This document shows, one piece after another, positions 26,867-44,286 of a DNA stretch of 64,000 bases. This DNA comes from the human T2T-CHM13v2.0 reference genome, Homo sapiens. A program made the translations under genes and the position numbers. Position 1 is the first letter of the stretch; every line of letters starts with the position of its first letter. The notes beneath the pieces are model-generated. The model saw nothing but the letters and a program-made list of their open reading frames with translations. It searched no databases and was not told where the DNA came from. The stretch lies in NCBI RefSeq assembly GCF_009914755.1, contig NC_060939.1; one strand, 5' to 3'.

Positions 26867-27711
26867 ATCTTCAAAAGACATTATGAGAGTGAAAACACTA
26901 GTCACAGAGTGAGAATACATATTTGTAATACATGTATTCAACAAGGGACTTGTAGAGCTCTTACAGATAAATAGGAAAAAACAAATAATCAAATTTTGAA
27001 AAGGACAAAATACTTCAATAGGCACTCCACAAAAGAAACTATCCAAAGGCCAATATGCACCCAGCTATTTTATTTACATTAAATAAGTGCAAATTAAAGC
27101 CACAGTGAGATACTTGGGACCTCTCAGTATCTTGAGGCCTCTCACTACATCCCCACTGAAATGGCTAAAATTAAAAAGATTGAGAATATCAAGTATTGAT
27201 GATGTGAAGACACTGAAACTCATATGTTTCTGGTAGGTGTGTGTATTTTTACAGCCATTTTGGAAAACAATTTGGCCGTATATTCCAAAGGTGATCATAC
27301 ACCCTCTGACCCAGCTGTTCCTAGGTATACACCCAACAGAAATTTATATGTTCACCAAAAGACACAAATGGACAAGAATGTTCATAGTAGCATCATTCTT
27401 AATAGCCCAAATGTCCATCGAAATAGAATGGGTAAACAAATGTTTCTTGTATCTACATGGATGATCACCAAGCATAATATCGAGCAAAAGAAGCCAGATA
27501 AGTGCATGTAAGTACAAATAATTACATAGTATATGAATAAAGTTCAGAAACAAGCAGAACAAATCTTAGAAGTCATAGTAATTACTTTTACAGGGATAGT
27601 GAATGGGAAGGGGCATAAGGTAGGGGATTTCTGCTTGTTGTAATATTCTGTTTATTCTGATAAGGCTACAGGTGATACAGTCTATGAAAAGTTGTCAAGC
27701 TGTACACTTAA

Positions 27712-28038
<327 letters not shown>

Positions 28039-28129
28039 ATTTGTTTTGTACTTTAAGTTTACTTAAACCCTCCACTCCCTCAATGACTTGAAGGACTGTA
28101 TTATTTTTCTCTACATTCCCTATACACAA

Positions 28130-29800
<1,671 letters not shown>

Positions 29801-29945
29801 ATCATGCCATCCTAGGTAAACTATAGGTCGGGAAGTACTTCATAGGTGTGTGCTGTGCCCTGAGAGCATGAAGGAGTTGCTTGTTTCCTCTGGTTTTTGA
29901 TGTTTTTGAAGTTTTTGATGATTAGTCTTCTCAGTGCTAAGCTAA

Positions 29946-30320
<375 letters not shown>

Positions 30321-30406
30321 TAAGTTGAAACTCTTTAAAAGTAAAGATAGAGAGTTCTCAATAGCAGTCTTGACTAAATAACTTTGTCTTCTTTTCTAGA
30401 ACTGCA

Positions 30407-30724
30407 ATTTTGTTCGTTTTTTTGAGACAAGATCTGGCTCTGTGGCCCAAGCTGGAGTGCAGTGGCATGATAACTCACTGCAGCCTTGAACTCCTAGGCA
30501 AAAGTGATCCTCCCGCCTCAGCCTCCCAAGTAGCTTGGACTGCAAGCTCATACCACCACACCAAGCTAGGTTTTTAGTTTTAATTTTTTTTTTTTTTTTT
30601 TTTTTTTAGAGACAGGATCTGGCTATGTTGCCCAGGCTGGTCTCAAACTCCTGGGCTCAAGCGATCCTCCCACCTTGGCCTCCCAAAGAGCTGGGATTAC
30701 AGGTGTGAGCGACTGGACCCAGCC
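30407..30724 (-). mobile_element. AluJ with expanded middle T-tract
   Basis: Antisense Alu; TSD aactgcaatttt. Confidence 0.92.
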
Positions 30725-31156
30725 AAACTGCAATTTTAAAAAAATACATAAGGGCCCTACAAAGAAAAGTTAGTCTAATCGCATTTGGTTACTCCTGAGA
30801 TTTACAATATTGTTTGTAAATATTATTAACTATTTTAGTCACATAAATATGCCATAATGCAACCACAGTAAGTATATGACATGTCTTTTAATCAGAATAA
30901 TCAGAATAAAGCAAAAAATGACCATATTTCACAATATTAATGTATTCACGTGTTTTATAAGTTATACACATCTATTATGATTTGATATTACAAGATACTC
31001 TGCATTTTCTTATATAGCTTGGGTTTGCTTTCTCCATCTTAGATGTAGTTTTTAATTATTGTTTTTGAAGCTGGTTTTAATACAATAAGATGCTTAATTG
31101 TACGTTTGGTAGAAAATTATAAGCACAACAATTTGAAACAGCTTTCAGGCTACTAG

Positions 31157-31538
<382 letters not shown>

Positions 31539-31719
31539 GTAGGTTTGGAGTTCATTATAAAGAATAACTTTACAATTGTCAGAGCTATTGAGAAGTGGAA
31601 GTAGACATTCCCAAGAGAGGCTTTCAGGTTGGGGGCTGAGCCTTGGTTGTATGATTGGACTCAGTGATCTTTGTGGGACCTTCTAATCTTGGAATTCTCA
31701 TCTTAACCAATGCTGCTTT

Positions 31720-32720
31720 TTTTCTTTTACTTTTTAAAACTGTGGTACATACAGTAAAGTACAAAAATCAATGAATTTTTACATAGATATATATGTGCCT
31801 GTGAATATTTTCGTCACTCTAGGAGGCTCTTCAGTCATTACCTTCTCTCTCCCCACGAGAGATAACCACTATTCTGATTTCTGTCACTATACGGTTGTTT
31901 TACTTGTTATTGAGCTTCATATAAATATATTCATAGAATATTTATTCTCGTGGGTCTGGCTTCTTGGCTCATCATTATATCTATGAAATTCATCCATGTT
32001 GCATGTAGCAGTAGTTCAATCTGTATAGTATTCCACTGATTTCATTGTAGGACTATATCATAACATATCCATGCTACTGTTGATGGACACATGGGTTGGT
32101 TCCATTTTGAGGCTATTATTTAAAAAGCTGCTATGAACATTCGCATACATGTCTTCTGTTGGTTATATACACTCATTTCTCTATGATATATTACTAGGAA
32201 TGGAGTTGCTGGTTCATAGGATAGGTGTATTTTAACAGATATTGCTAAATAGTTTTCCAAAATGATTGTCCCCATTTAGATTCCCAGTAGCACCGTCAGA
32301 GAATTTCAGTTCCTCTCCATCCTTGCTACCACTGTGTATTGTCATTTTTTTTTATTTTAGCCATTCTGGTGGGTATATAATACTGTCTCTTTTTCTATAG
32401 CTATTGATCATTTGGATAGTCTCTTTATGAAGTGCTTGCTTTGTATTTAGCCCCCTTTTTTAAAAAAATGGGTCATTTATTTTTAATCTTAGTGATATTT
32501 AGGAGTTCTTCGTATATTCTAAATATGAGTCTTTAGGGAATATATGTATTACAAATATAATTTCCCAGTCTGTGGCTTGCCTTTTTACTCCTTTAACATG
32601 ATCTTCTGATGAACAGACATTCTTAACTATAGTGAACTCCAATTTGTCACTTTTCTCTAATGTGGTTAGTGCTTTGTCCTCTTTAAGAAATCTTTGCCTA
32701 GCCTAAGATCATGAAGACAT
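31720..32720 (-). mobile_element. L1ME-type 3' fragment
   Basis: ttcatccatgttgcatgtagcagtagttc, gctgctatgaacatt, ttttagccattctggtggg. Confidence 0.8.
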
Positions 32721-32913
32721 TTAGACCAACAATTCTTAAATTGTGGTATTAAACTAGATAATAGTGAACTTTTGTTGGTTTACACACACAAAAAGAAGTA
32801 AATGGATAGAAATGTACTGTTTTCTCCCATAATTTATTTTGAAACCTTGGGTATTAACTATAAATAAGTAGATAATGATGTTACTTAAATCTGAAATTTA
32901 TTAACTGAGAAGG

Positions 32914-33300
32914 TGTCAGTTAGGATAGGCTAGGTTATTGCTATTTATATTGCTGTGGTAATAAACAACCACAAAATCTCAGTGGCTTTCTTTTCTCACT
33001 TATGCTATTTGTCCAAAGTGAGTCAACATGGGGCTATGCTATTTGTGGTCACTTAGACAACCAGGCGGATGTAAACTACATTATAATATATACTTCCACA
33101 GTCACTGTATTCAGGGGAAGGAAACATGGCAAATTGCTTATAGACTCAGATTTTCTGCCCAGAAGAATCATATGTCACTCACTTTCGTTGCCCATGAGTT
33201 ACATGGTCCTTGTGTCTTCTCTGAGGCAGTGAGGAAGTTTCCTCTTATGTTTCTGAAAGGAGATCTAAATATTTTTGAATAGCCATAGTGACTATCACAG
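32914..33300. mobile_element. LTR33-like solo LTR
   Basis: tgtcagttaggataggctaggttat...caaaatctcagtggctt. Confidence 0.6.
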
Positions 33301-34080
33301 TAAACATTTGTAAGTTACTTAACCCCTCTGTGGATCAGTTTGTTCACTATAAAATAGGTGCTAATGATAATATCTACTTGATACGGCAGATGTGTGGATT
33401 AAGTGGTATCATACACGTATAGCTCTTAAAATAGTGCCTGGTACTTAGTAAGCAATAAATTCTTGCTGCAATTATTGCTATCATTATTGTTATTAGGCTC
33501 TTACTATATGATGACACCATACTACCTGCTTTATTTACACAGATTACTTCTTGAGATAACTTCTATATAGTATGTACTATTACTCTTCTCATTTATAGGA
33601 TAAGAAAACCTTGGTTTGGAGCTTTTGACTAGCTTGCCCAAGTTCCACAGCTAATACGTAAAAGATGAGATTGGAATCTAGGCAGTCTGACTCCAGAGCC
33701 CTCAGTATAAACTGAGACTCCCTCCCAGATAGCAAATAAATATGAACAGAATTCAGAAGTGCATACCATGCTTAGAGAACTCTGTGTTTGTTTGTGTACA
33801 TATATGTTTATGGTTGTGATTTTATATTGAATTTTTAATATATTCCTATTTTCTGCTAGTTTGTTAGTGTTTCTAGTTCATATAATTAAATATACTGTTT
33901 CTCAGTATTCTATGTAGTCTGACAGCTAAACAAATTTGAAGTTGATTTTGTTCTTCATGAACAGGTGAAAAAACTTGAGCCAGAGTCATTTAGTGATCCC
34001 AGAAACCAGTTAGTTGGTAGTATATCCTGAACTCAAAGTCAGATTTCCTGACTTCGATTCAGAGCTCTTCCTACTGCCTC
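33300..34080. mobile_element. MIR fragments in both orientations
   Basis: aagttacttaacc.ctctgtg..tcagttt, cttgcccaagttccacagctaa, aggcagtctgactccagagcc. Confidence 0.7.
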
Positions 34081-35457
34081 AGGTTGTCTCCTTGTAGTTT
34101 ATGCAGCATATCATCCTTTATCAAATATTTGAGATGCTTTTTGTCTCCAAATTTTGAGTGAATTTGTTGTAGAAATCACAGTTAAGCTTTTTTTCCCTCA
34201 TAGCTCACATTACTACATCTTGATTGTAATTTATCAACTTTGTCTTTTAAATATTCTAATGTTACTAAACACCCAGGGCCAAATTAAATATTTGGACAGA
34301 GTTTCTAGTAAGAATAAATGCCTCCAGAGAAGCTTCTGTGGAAAAATATTGTAATGATGAGCTTGAGAGTACCAATAACTTTTCTTTTTCGTGTAAGGCA
34401 ATTTAGAGTCCAATTTCTGAAGGCACAGAGATGCCAGTGGAATTAGAGATGAATCAAACACATTACATTTTAGGTTTATCTTAAGGTATATTGGCAAGAA
34501 GTAAAACAACAACTTACCAAAAGCTTGTTACTTTTCCTGCCAGTGACATAAGAATGTACATATAACAACCTCAGATATATTGTAATTTTCAGAGTTAAAC
34601 CTCTTAAGGAAATGCTGAGCTCATTTTCCTGGTCTGTTTTCCCATAATTAAATGGTATTCTTGTTTGATAATTTCAGTGTATTTTCATGTAACTTATCTG
34701 GAAAGTTAATAGGACATAAATTGAGTTAGAACTTCTCAATATATTGCTATATAGTGGAGATATTCAATAAGGAAGTCACAACACTTTTTTCCCCTCAGTA
34801 TCAAAATATGTCAGTTATCTGTCAAGAAAATGAACTGAATCTGTGCTGTGTGTTATTGCACTCATGGGGAAATACTGTTTTGAGGCTACATGATCCTTGT
34901 CCTGGCCTCGTGCAATTTAAAACATTAATTCTTGTGTTAAAATAAATACTGCTTTATAAAACTGACTGCAGAATTTAAGGGAATTTTTAATATAAAGCAT
35001 GAGGTTTATAAATTGTGCCCTTACTCTCCCTGCTAGACATGCGTACTCTTCTCTGCCCTATAGTCCTAATTCTGATGAGAGAGAGAAAGAATATATCATT
35101 AGCAACTATCTTTAAGGCATCTTTCAGCAATAAGCTAGAAACTCCTTGTTTGTTTGTTTTTGAGATGGAGTCTTGCTCTGTCACTCAGGCTGGACTTAGA
35201 AATCCTTCTAATGGTGTTTTTCTGGAAAGGGGAGTATGGAGAGTCTGGCAAAAAGGGAATTTTAGCTCTACGTGTAGCCATATTTTTTTTACAAAAAAGA
35301 AACTAAGTATTGCATGTGAAATTAAAATTTAATTTTAAAACATCTGTGATCCTTGATGGCACTTTTCCTCTTTCTTTAAAGTAACAAAACCATACTGCTG
35401 AAGGTTGAGTTTAAAACAAAGATTGGAAAGTAATTATTCATAATTTCACCACCCTGA

Positions 35458-36466
<1,009 letters not shown>

Positions 36467-37859
36467 GTATCTATTCTTTTAATATACTTATAATCCATAT
36501 ACTTTCTCATAAATGTTTCATTGATAACTTTGTAATATAATTTTTAAAATAGCTTTCACATTCTTTTATTGTATGCAGAGCTTGTAAAGAAATATTTGAT
36601 CCTCACGGTAGCCCTTTGAGGTAAATAGAATAAGTTTTAGCCCCATTTTACATATAAGGGTATTGAAGCAGATGCTCATATAACGCCTCTACTTGGTACT
36701 GTGGTAGACTTCTGTTCATGACAGAAGTACTTGCTAACACAGGCAAATGAGTGCATTTAATGTTGAAAGAACAAAACAAATCGTTCTGTAGATTCTTATT
36801 CCCTGGACTTAGTCCTTCCTTCCTGGGCTAAGTGAACCCTTGAACAGCACTAGGCAATGCTGAAAATACAGATTTTGTCAGATTTTAGTAAGTGCTCTAA
36901 ACACCAAGAATCTTGAAGTGATATAATGAAAGTTACAGCTAATGTAGTTTTAAACTTGTTTTTTCTTTGTTATTTCACCTTGAAAAAAAGAAACAATCAG
37001 TAGCTTTTAAACAAAAAAGATTAAATCTAACCACTTGTTCTGAATTACTATGGTAGGGTGAGAACTGAGGCTCTGTGTATGGAAGTTGAAGTTTTATCAT
37101 GTTGAGTAGGTTATCAAAGGAGAAATGTTCCTAGGAAACTGGTCTTGTAGAGCTTAAATGTGTCAAATTTGAATTCTATGGCTATGTGTAACTTTCTGAA
37201 GTCCTGAGCATTGTTATTAGGTTTCAAAGGCAAAATATAGCAAAATAATTCTGAGTTTTTCAATTTATTTCTGTTTAAACTGTAAAGCATGTTACAGTTG
37301 TGCCTATTCATCTTGTGAAGAAAACTCTAAATTTCATCTTACTGTTCAGAGTAGTAAAGACCACTAACTGCTTTGCCTCCCTGTAACTAAAGTTTTCTGT
37401 CTTCAGCTTTTGGCTGAGGAAATTCCTCTGCTATCGAGCATCCTCTGTTTTTCTTTTAGGAAATCTTCCTAGGAAGAAAATTTAATTTGTAAGTCAGTTG
37501 ATTAAAATGAAAAACACTTTGATGGGATTAGTTTCCATTTATTACACTATAGTTTTTATAAATGTTCTTCAATTTTCCTTCTGAAACATGTCATCCTTTA
37601 CTTGCAGTCTTCATTGGCTTTTGAGAGGGTAAACGATTTAGGATTTATTGCCTGTAAAAGGAAGAAACATTCTTTCTACCTCCTCTCTTCAGCGTTGTCT
37701 CACAGCTGCAGGTTTGAGCTGAAGAGCTGTGTAAAATGTAAGAAAATAGAGGAACAGTGTTCCTTGAACCAATAAGGACCCTTTCCCTGGAATTGTTAAC
37801 TATGAATTTTATGTTTGGGTTCAGATACTAGGGACCTTTGTTACTTCTGCTTTCTCATA

Positions 37860-38445
37860 CAGTAGTTCCCCTTTATCCATGGGGGTACATCCCAAGACCC
37901 CCGGTAGGATGCCCGAAACCATGGATAGTAACAAATCCTATACATATGGTACACATGAATTTCTCCTTCTTCACAATTTCACAGATTTATCTTTACTGTA
38001 GGTCTTAGCAACCTCAGCATTTGTGATTTTTTTTTCCTTTTGTTAAGTTGGGAACTTTTACCTTTTCACTTAAAGAAGCACTTTACAGCTTCTCTTTGGC
38101 ATATCCATACTGGCAGCCTCACTTCTCTTCTGCTTTGGGGCCGTTGTGAAGTAAAATAACACCAGCCCTGCGATACTGCGACAGTCGATCCAATAACCTA
38201 GAAGGCTGCTAAGTGACTGATGGGCAGGCAGTGTATACAGCATGGATATGCTGGACAAGGGGAGGATTCACATCCTGGGTGGGATGGAGCAGGACAGCAT
38301 GGGATTTCATCACACTACTCAGAACAGTGTATAACTTAAAACTTATGAATTATTTCTGAAACTTCCCATTTAATATTTTTGGACTGCAGTTGACCATGAG
38401 TTAACACACTGGCAAAGCAGAACCACAGATAAGGGGGGACTACCG
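37860..38445. mobile_element. MER82-like TcMar-Tigger element
   Basis: TIRs cagtagttcccctttatcc / agataaggggggactaccg, TA at the left end. Confidence 0.85.
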
Positions 38446-38980
38446 TCTATGCTGATTGAGTTGCTTTTCGCAGACTCCAGCCTTGAATTATATTGTTTTA
38501 GAGCTACCTACCTTAGTATGAATCTGGATTTTCAAACGTGTAAGGACCCAGAGCTGTGTGGTCCTTCTTAGGTGTTTTCTCAGCTGGTGTTTTCTGTTTC
38601 CTTCAGCTCTCCAGTGCATCTGTGAATGTATTAGGATAATTAACAATTACCTTAGCTGGTTACCTAACCCATTCAATTCTTCTTTCTCTGTTTTTCTCAT
38701 ATATTTGAATAAATACCGTTATACACATCAGCCATTACCCTTTTTCCACGTCCCCTACTAGATTATGAACTGTAAAATAATAAGTGTTGTTGGGTTTTTT
38801 AAATCTTATTTACCTCTGTATCTTTGATGCCTAACATAGTGACATATGATAAACTGAAAAACATTGTTTTTCAACTTTAAAAAAAAAACTCGTGTCTCCT
38901 CTTGATAAATACATAAATTCCCTTTTCTGATATACCCTGCATGTGAATCACCAAGATGTGAGTAAAAAGTATACATATGT

Positions 38981-39390
<410 letters not shown>

Positions 39391-40173
39391 TCACTGAAAA
39401 CACCTTTTCATATATCACAGGCCTTCTAGAGGGAGTAAGGCTTTACCAGCATTCCCCATCCCAGCTTATATGGACCCACCTTTTTACCGTTTCATAGTAC
39501 ACCCATGTCCCAGGAAATAGGGGAAGTACTCTACACTAAGGAAATAATTCCAGGTTTTATTGGATTACTTTAACTCTTAGTTCAGGCACTGGTCCAGAAG
39601 TTGTCTTACTTGGGCAATCACCTCCTTGTTTACTAATAATAAAAGCAGTGCTTAGATTGCCTCTGTAGGAAGGGCAACTTGGGACCAACAGGCACCATGA
39701 AAAAGCCAACGAGGTGGACTGTGACCTCAAAAGGCAACACTCTGCTTGTAAAATGACAAATTTTGCTTTGGAAGAGGAAGTGTTTTTTATTTTCCCTGCG
39801 TTATCACCGTGCTTTACAAAAACTGATACAAAATACTATTCTTAGATGTTTTGGTTTTGTGGAGTTTTTTTCTTCACAACACATTTTCCGTCCTAATACT
39901 GACAGTTCTCCATCAAGGTTCCATTGAGGGGGCAAAAGGCATATACAGTGATCCAATTGTCTAGCAAGAAATCTGAACTGTGCCAGTCTCTTTTGATGAT
40001 CTAGTACTTCTGTGGTTTTTAAGAAGATATCTGATTTAAGTTTCTAAATTTTTACTTCAAAAAAACATGTACCATCACATAAGGAATTTGGAGAAAAAAA
40101 TCATAAAGATAGAAGTTTAATTTTTGTTTCTAACTCTGGCCTCTTTTTCTCCCTTTTTATTTTTCGAAAACAG

Positions 40174-40266
40174 AGTCTCTACAAGGAAGATAACGGACTG
40201 TAAAATTCTATAAAGCAAAGCTACACATCACTTGACACCATACACCATCTTGGTTACATAATGAAG
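40174..40266 (+). other. HMG20A: HMG20A alternative (cassette) 5'UTR exon, 93 nt
   Basis: Branch point ctaAc (A40133), pyrimidine tract 40141-40165, cag| acceptor at 40173, donor AAG|gtgatc at 40267; recalled as part of the leader of one HMG20A transcript variant. Confidence 0.75.
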
Positions 40267-40519
40267 GTGATCAACAAATGTTTGTTGAAATATAAACTCT
40301 CTAGGCATTTGCATTAGATGGAGCCTGGATTATTTCTTTTGTGGCCAAAAAACCCCGCTATATTTAGCTTCAAAAAATTTGCAAATAGTATATTGTTAGT
40401 ACAAGTCACCCTTTTTTACTAAACTGATTACAAGACTACAGTTAAAGTATATGCAGGCCACAGTTTATAGATTCTAGTCCTGATGTTTTTTCCAGTTATT
40501 TTGAACTTAGAAACTAGCT

Positions 40520-41200
40520 TTACCTTCAAAATATATTAAGAATCTGACCACTTCTCACCATCTCTACTACTGCTATTCTGATCTAATTCTTCCAGCTGTT
40601 TTGTTGCAGTCGCTTCCCAAATGATTTCCTTACTTTCCCTTTTCCCTCTCCACCTTCATTCAGTCTGTTCTTAAAATAGCAGCCAGAATGATCCTATAAA
40701 CTTGTTAAATTTTATGCCTTATCTGCTGAAAACCTTCCAGTAGCCCCGGTTAGCTTTCAGACCTCATCTCCTTTTCCCACTAGTTCAGTCCAGCCACATT
40801 TGCCACCTCCTCAGTCACACCAGGGGGACTTCTTTGCACTAGTTGTTTCCTCTGCTAGGGCCACTCTTTCCCCCACATACATGCATAGTTCTTTCATCTC
40901 CTTCTGGTCTTTTCCTAAAGATTACCTCAGTGAAGCCTTTCATGGCCTCTGTATATAAAATTGCAGACACCCCATTTCCTTGAACTGTTCCTAACCTCTT
41001 TCCCTGCCCTGTTTTTTCTTGGTACTTCAAACTATGTATCATTATTCATTTTACTTATTTTATCTTGTTTTTTGTCTGTTCCAGTACACTGTGAGCTCTA
41101 TAAGGGCAAGGATCTTTGCCTGTTTTGGTCATTGCTGTATTCCCAATGCATAGAAAATGCCCAGGATAGTAGATAATATTTGTTGAATGAATGGATCAGT
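40520..41200 (+). mobile_element. L2 3' portion
   Basis: ctgaccacttctcaccatctc...atatttgttgaatgaat terminus. Confidence 0.8.
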
Positions 41201-41256
41201 TTCTCTATAGTTTGGTTCCTAGGGTAGCCTACCAACATTTTAAAAATCAATAATAA

Positions 41257-41531
41257 GGCCGGGCGCGGTGGCTCACGCCTGTAATCCCAGCACTTTGGGA
41301 GGCCGAGGTGGGTGGATCACAAGGTCAGGAGTTCAAGACCAGCTGGAAAAAAAAAATTAGCTGGACATGGTGGCAGGCACCTGTAATCTCAGCCACTCGG
41401 GAGGCTGAGGCCGAGAATTGCTTGAACCAGGAGGTAGGGGTTGCAGTAAGCAGAGATCAAGCCACTGCACTTCAGCCTGGGCAACAGAGTGAGGCTCGTC
41501 TCAAAAATAAATAAATAAATAATAAAATAAA
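41257..41531 (+). mobile_element. AluS with left-arm deletion
   Basis: ggccgggcgcggtggc start; TSD atcaataata. Confidence 0.92.
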
Positions 41532-42497
41532 GATCAATAATAGTCATAGGAGCCTGGACTATCAATTTTAGGTCTAGAGAGCCATATTTTCTGTCCACCC
41601 CCACCCCAGTGCCCAGCCAAACACACCCCTCCTTATACCCTTCTCTTGAAGCAGCAAGCCTTATGTTTAGACCCTAATTGCCTCTCCCTACCTCAACCCT
41701 CCCCTAAAACCTAAGTACTTAATTACTCCTAAATTGCCTCTTCTCTCTCCTCATCTTTTTCCCTCTCATCTCACATATAAAAACCTATGGTGAAAGAGTT
41801 TTTAACTGAATTTCACTTAACTGAACCCCAGTTAACTGCCTGGCAGGATTAGCCAGTGTTCTCATTCACACTGTAAAACATATTGATTAATGTCCACAGC
41901 CCACTGATTGCTTTTAGCTAAACGTTCACAGCTGGTAGACTACTCTCTAGTAAGCCTCTTTTCCTTCCTCCAGTTAAATTGTATGCATATCAAAGTCAGT
42001 TGTGTTTATTCCCAAACCTCTTTATACCAGTTCTCTGGCATAATAAAATACATAATTATAATATTCTAAATATATAATATGGCAATTTTAAAATGAATGA
42101 ATGTTATATTTTAGAGCGCTTTTAGATTCACAACAAAAATGAGCAGAAAATACAGAGACTTCCTATATATTCCCTGTCCCCCCACACACACAGCCTCCCC
42201 AACTATCAATATCCCTGGCACCAGAATGCTACATCTGTTACAATCAATGAACCTATATTGACACATAATCACCATAGTTTACATAGTGTCCATCACTCTT
42301 GGTGTTGGACAGTCTGTGAGTTTTGACAGATTTATAATGACATGTATCCACCATTGTATCACGTAGAAAGTTTCACTGCCCTAAAAATGCCGTGTTCCAC
42401 CTATTCATCCTACTCCCCTGGCAACCACTAATCTTTTTACTGTCTCCATACTTTTGCTTATCCAGGATGTCAGATAGGTGGATGGATTCACAACATA

Positions 42498-43473
42498 TGG
42501 GTTGAGTTTCCCTTATCCAAAATGCCTGGGACCAGAAGTGTTTCAGGTTTCAGATCTTTTCAGATTTATTTTTTATTTATTTATTTTTTTATTTGTTTTT
42601 TTGAGACAGAGTCTTGCTTTGTCGCCCAGGCTGGAGTGCAGTGGCACGATCTCGGCTCACTGCAAGCTCTGCCTCCAGGGTTCGCGCCATTCTCCTGCCT
42701 CAGCCTCCCCGAGTAGCTAGGACTACAGGCGCCCACCACCACACCCGGCTAATTTTTTGTATTTGAGTATTTGCATACACATAATGAGATATGTTGGGGA
42801 TAAGACCCAAGTCTAAACAGGAAATCCATTTATGGTGTATCCATTTACCTTACACATGGCTTGAAGGTAATTTTATAGCAATGATTTTATTTATTTTGTG
42901 TATGAAACAAAGTTTGTATACATTGAACCATGAGAAAGCAAAGATGTCACTCAGCCACCCACATGTACAGTCTGTGATTGTTTGGCATCACCATTATTCC
43001 TGATTCAGAATTCATGTGCTACCAATAAGAATCATTCTCTTACACTTATTTGCACATAAGTACTTAACAGTAAAAAATGTGACATACCATTAATACAATG
43101 AAAAAATAATGTGTTCGGGGTAAGCAGTACAGTAGCATCACCAGTGCACCTGTGCCAGCTGTTAACAACAAACAATGGCAAGTTGAATAAACTAATTATC
43201 GTGTGCCAGTGTTTTTATTGTGACCCATTACGTGAAGTCCCATGTGGAATTTTTGTATTTTGTATTTTCATACAATGAAGGAGAGTTCTTGTTCCACATC
43301 CTTGCCAGCATTTGGTGGTATCAGTGTTTGGGATTTAGGGCATTCTAATAGGTGTGTAGTGGTAGCTCACTATTGTATGAATTTCCTCTTGGGTCATCAA
43401 GTGGGCACTCAGGAAATTTCAGATTTTGGAGCATTTTGAATTTCTGATTTTCAGATTAGGGATGCTCAATTTA
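42498..43473. mobile_element. Tigger4 (MER46)-like DNA transposon
   Basis: TIRs ggttgagtttcccttatccaaaa / ttcagattagggatgctcaa. Confidence 0.8.
42566..42762 (-). mobile_element. AluY right arm inserted in Tigger4
   Basis: gcaagctctgcc, gccattctcctg; stops at the middle A-rich linker. Confidence 0.9.
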
Positions 43474-43956
43474 TATAGCCTTTTCAGATTGACTTCTTTC
43501 ACTTAGTAATATGCACTAAGTTTCCTCCATGTCTTTCCATGGCTTCATAACTCATATCTTTTTAGCAGTGAATAATATTCTATTATCTGAATGTATCACA
43601 GTTCAGCCACTCACCTACTGAAGGACATCTTGGTTATGCCCAAGTTTTGGCAATTATGAATAAAGCTACTATAAACATCTGTGTGCAGGTTTTTGTGTGG
43701 ACGTAAGTTTTCCATTCATTTGGGTAAATATTAAGGTAAGAAGTGCGATTGCTGGATTGTATGGCAAGAGTATGTTTAATTTTGTAAAAAACTTCCTGTC
43801 TTTTGAAATGTCTGTACTGTTTTGTATCCCCACATAATGAAGGAGAGTTCCTGTTGCTCCGCATCATTGTCAGCACTTAGTGGTGTCAGTGTTTGGGATT
43901 TTGGCCATTCTAATAGGTTTGTAGTGGTAGATCATTATTGTTTTAATTTGCAGTTA

Positions 43957-44112
43957 TAGTTGGCCCTGTGTATCCTTGGGTTCTGCATCCACAAATTCAA
44001 TCAGTTTGGGGTGGAAAATACAGTATTCGAGAGACACAGAACCTATGGATACAGGGCCGACTTTTTGTAATCATGGGTTCTGCAGGGCCAATTGTGGGCA
44101 TCTACAAATTTT
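43957..44112. mobile_element. MER2-family (MER2B-like) Tigger fragment, truncated on the right
   Basis: agttggccctgtgtatccttgggttctgcatcc...aaaatacagtattcg. Confidence 0.7.
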
Positions 44113-44286
44113 GAGCTCGCAGTGTACTGGAACAGACAAAAAACAAGATAAAATAAGTAAAATGAAAAAAGATACATAGTTTGAAGTACCAAGAAAAAAA
44201 CAGAGCAGGGAAGGAGGTTAGGAACAGTTCAAGGAAAGGGGGTGTCTGCAATTTTATATACAGAGGCCATGAAAGGCTTCACTGAG
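44113..44286 (-). repeat. Inverted duplicate (about 96% identical) of 40926-41098
   Basis: Manual alignment: about 6 substitutions + 1 indel over about 173 nt. Confidence 0.95.

Larger units (their letters stand above)
42100..43950 (-). mobile_element. L1MB/MC-type 3' end, host of Tigger4 and Alu insertions
   Basis: aatgaacctatattgacacat, ttctttcacttagtaatatgca, gcaattatgaataaagct. Confidence 0.85.
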
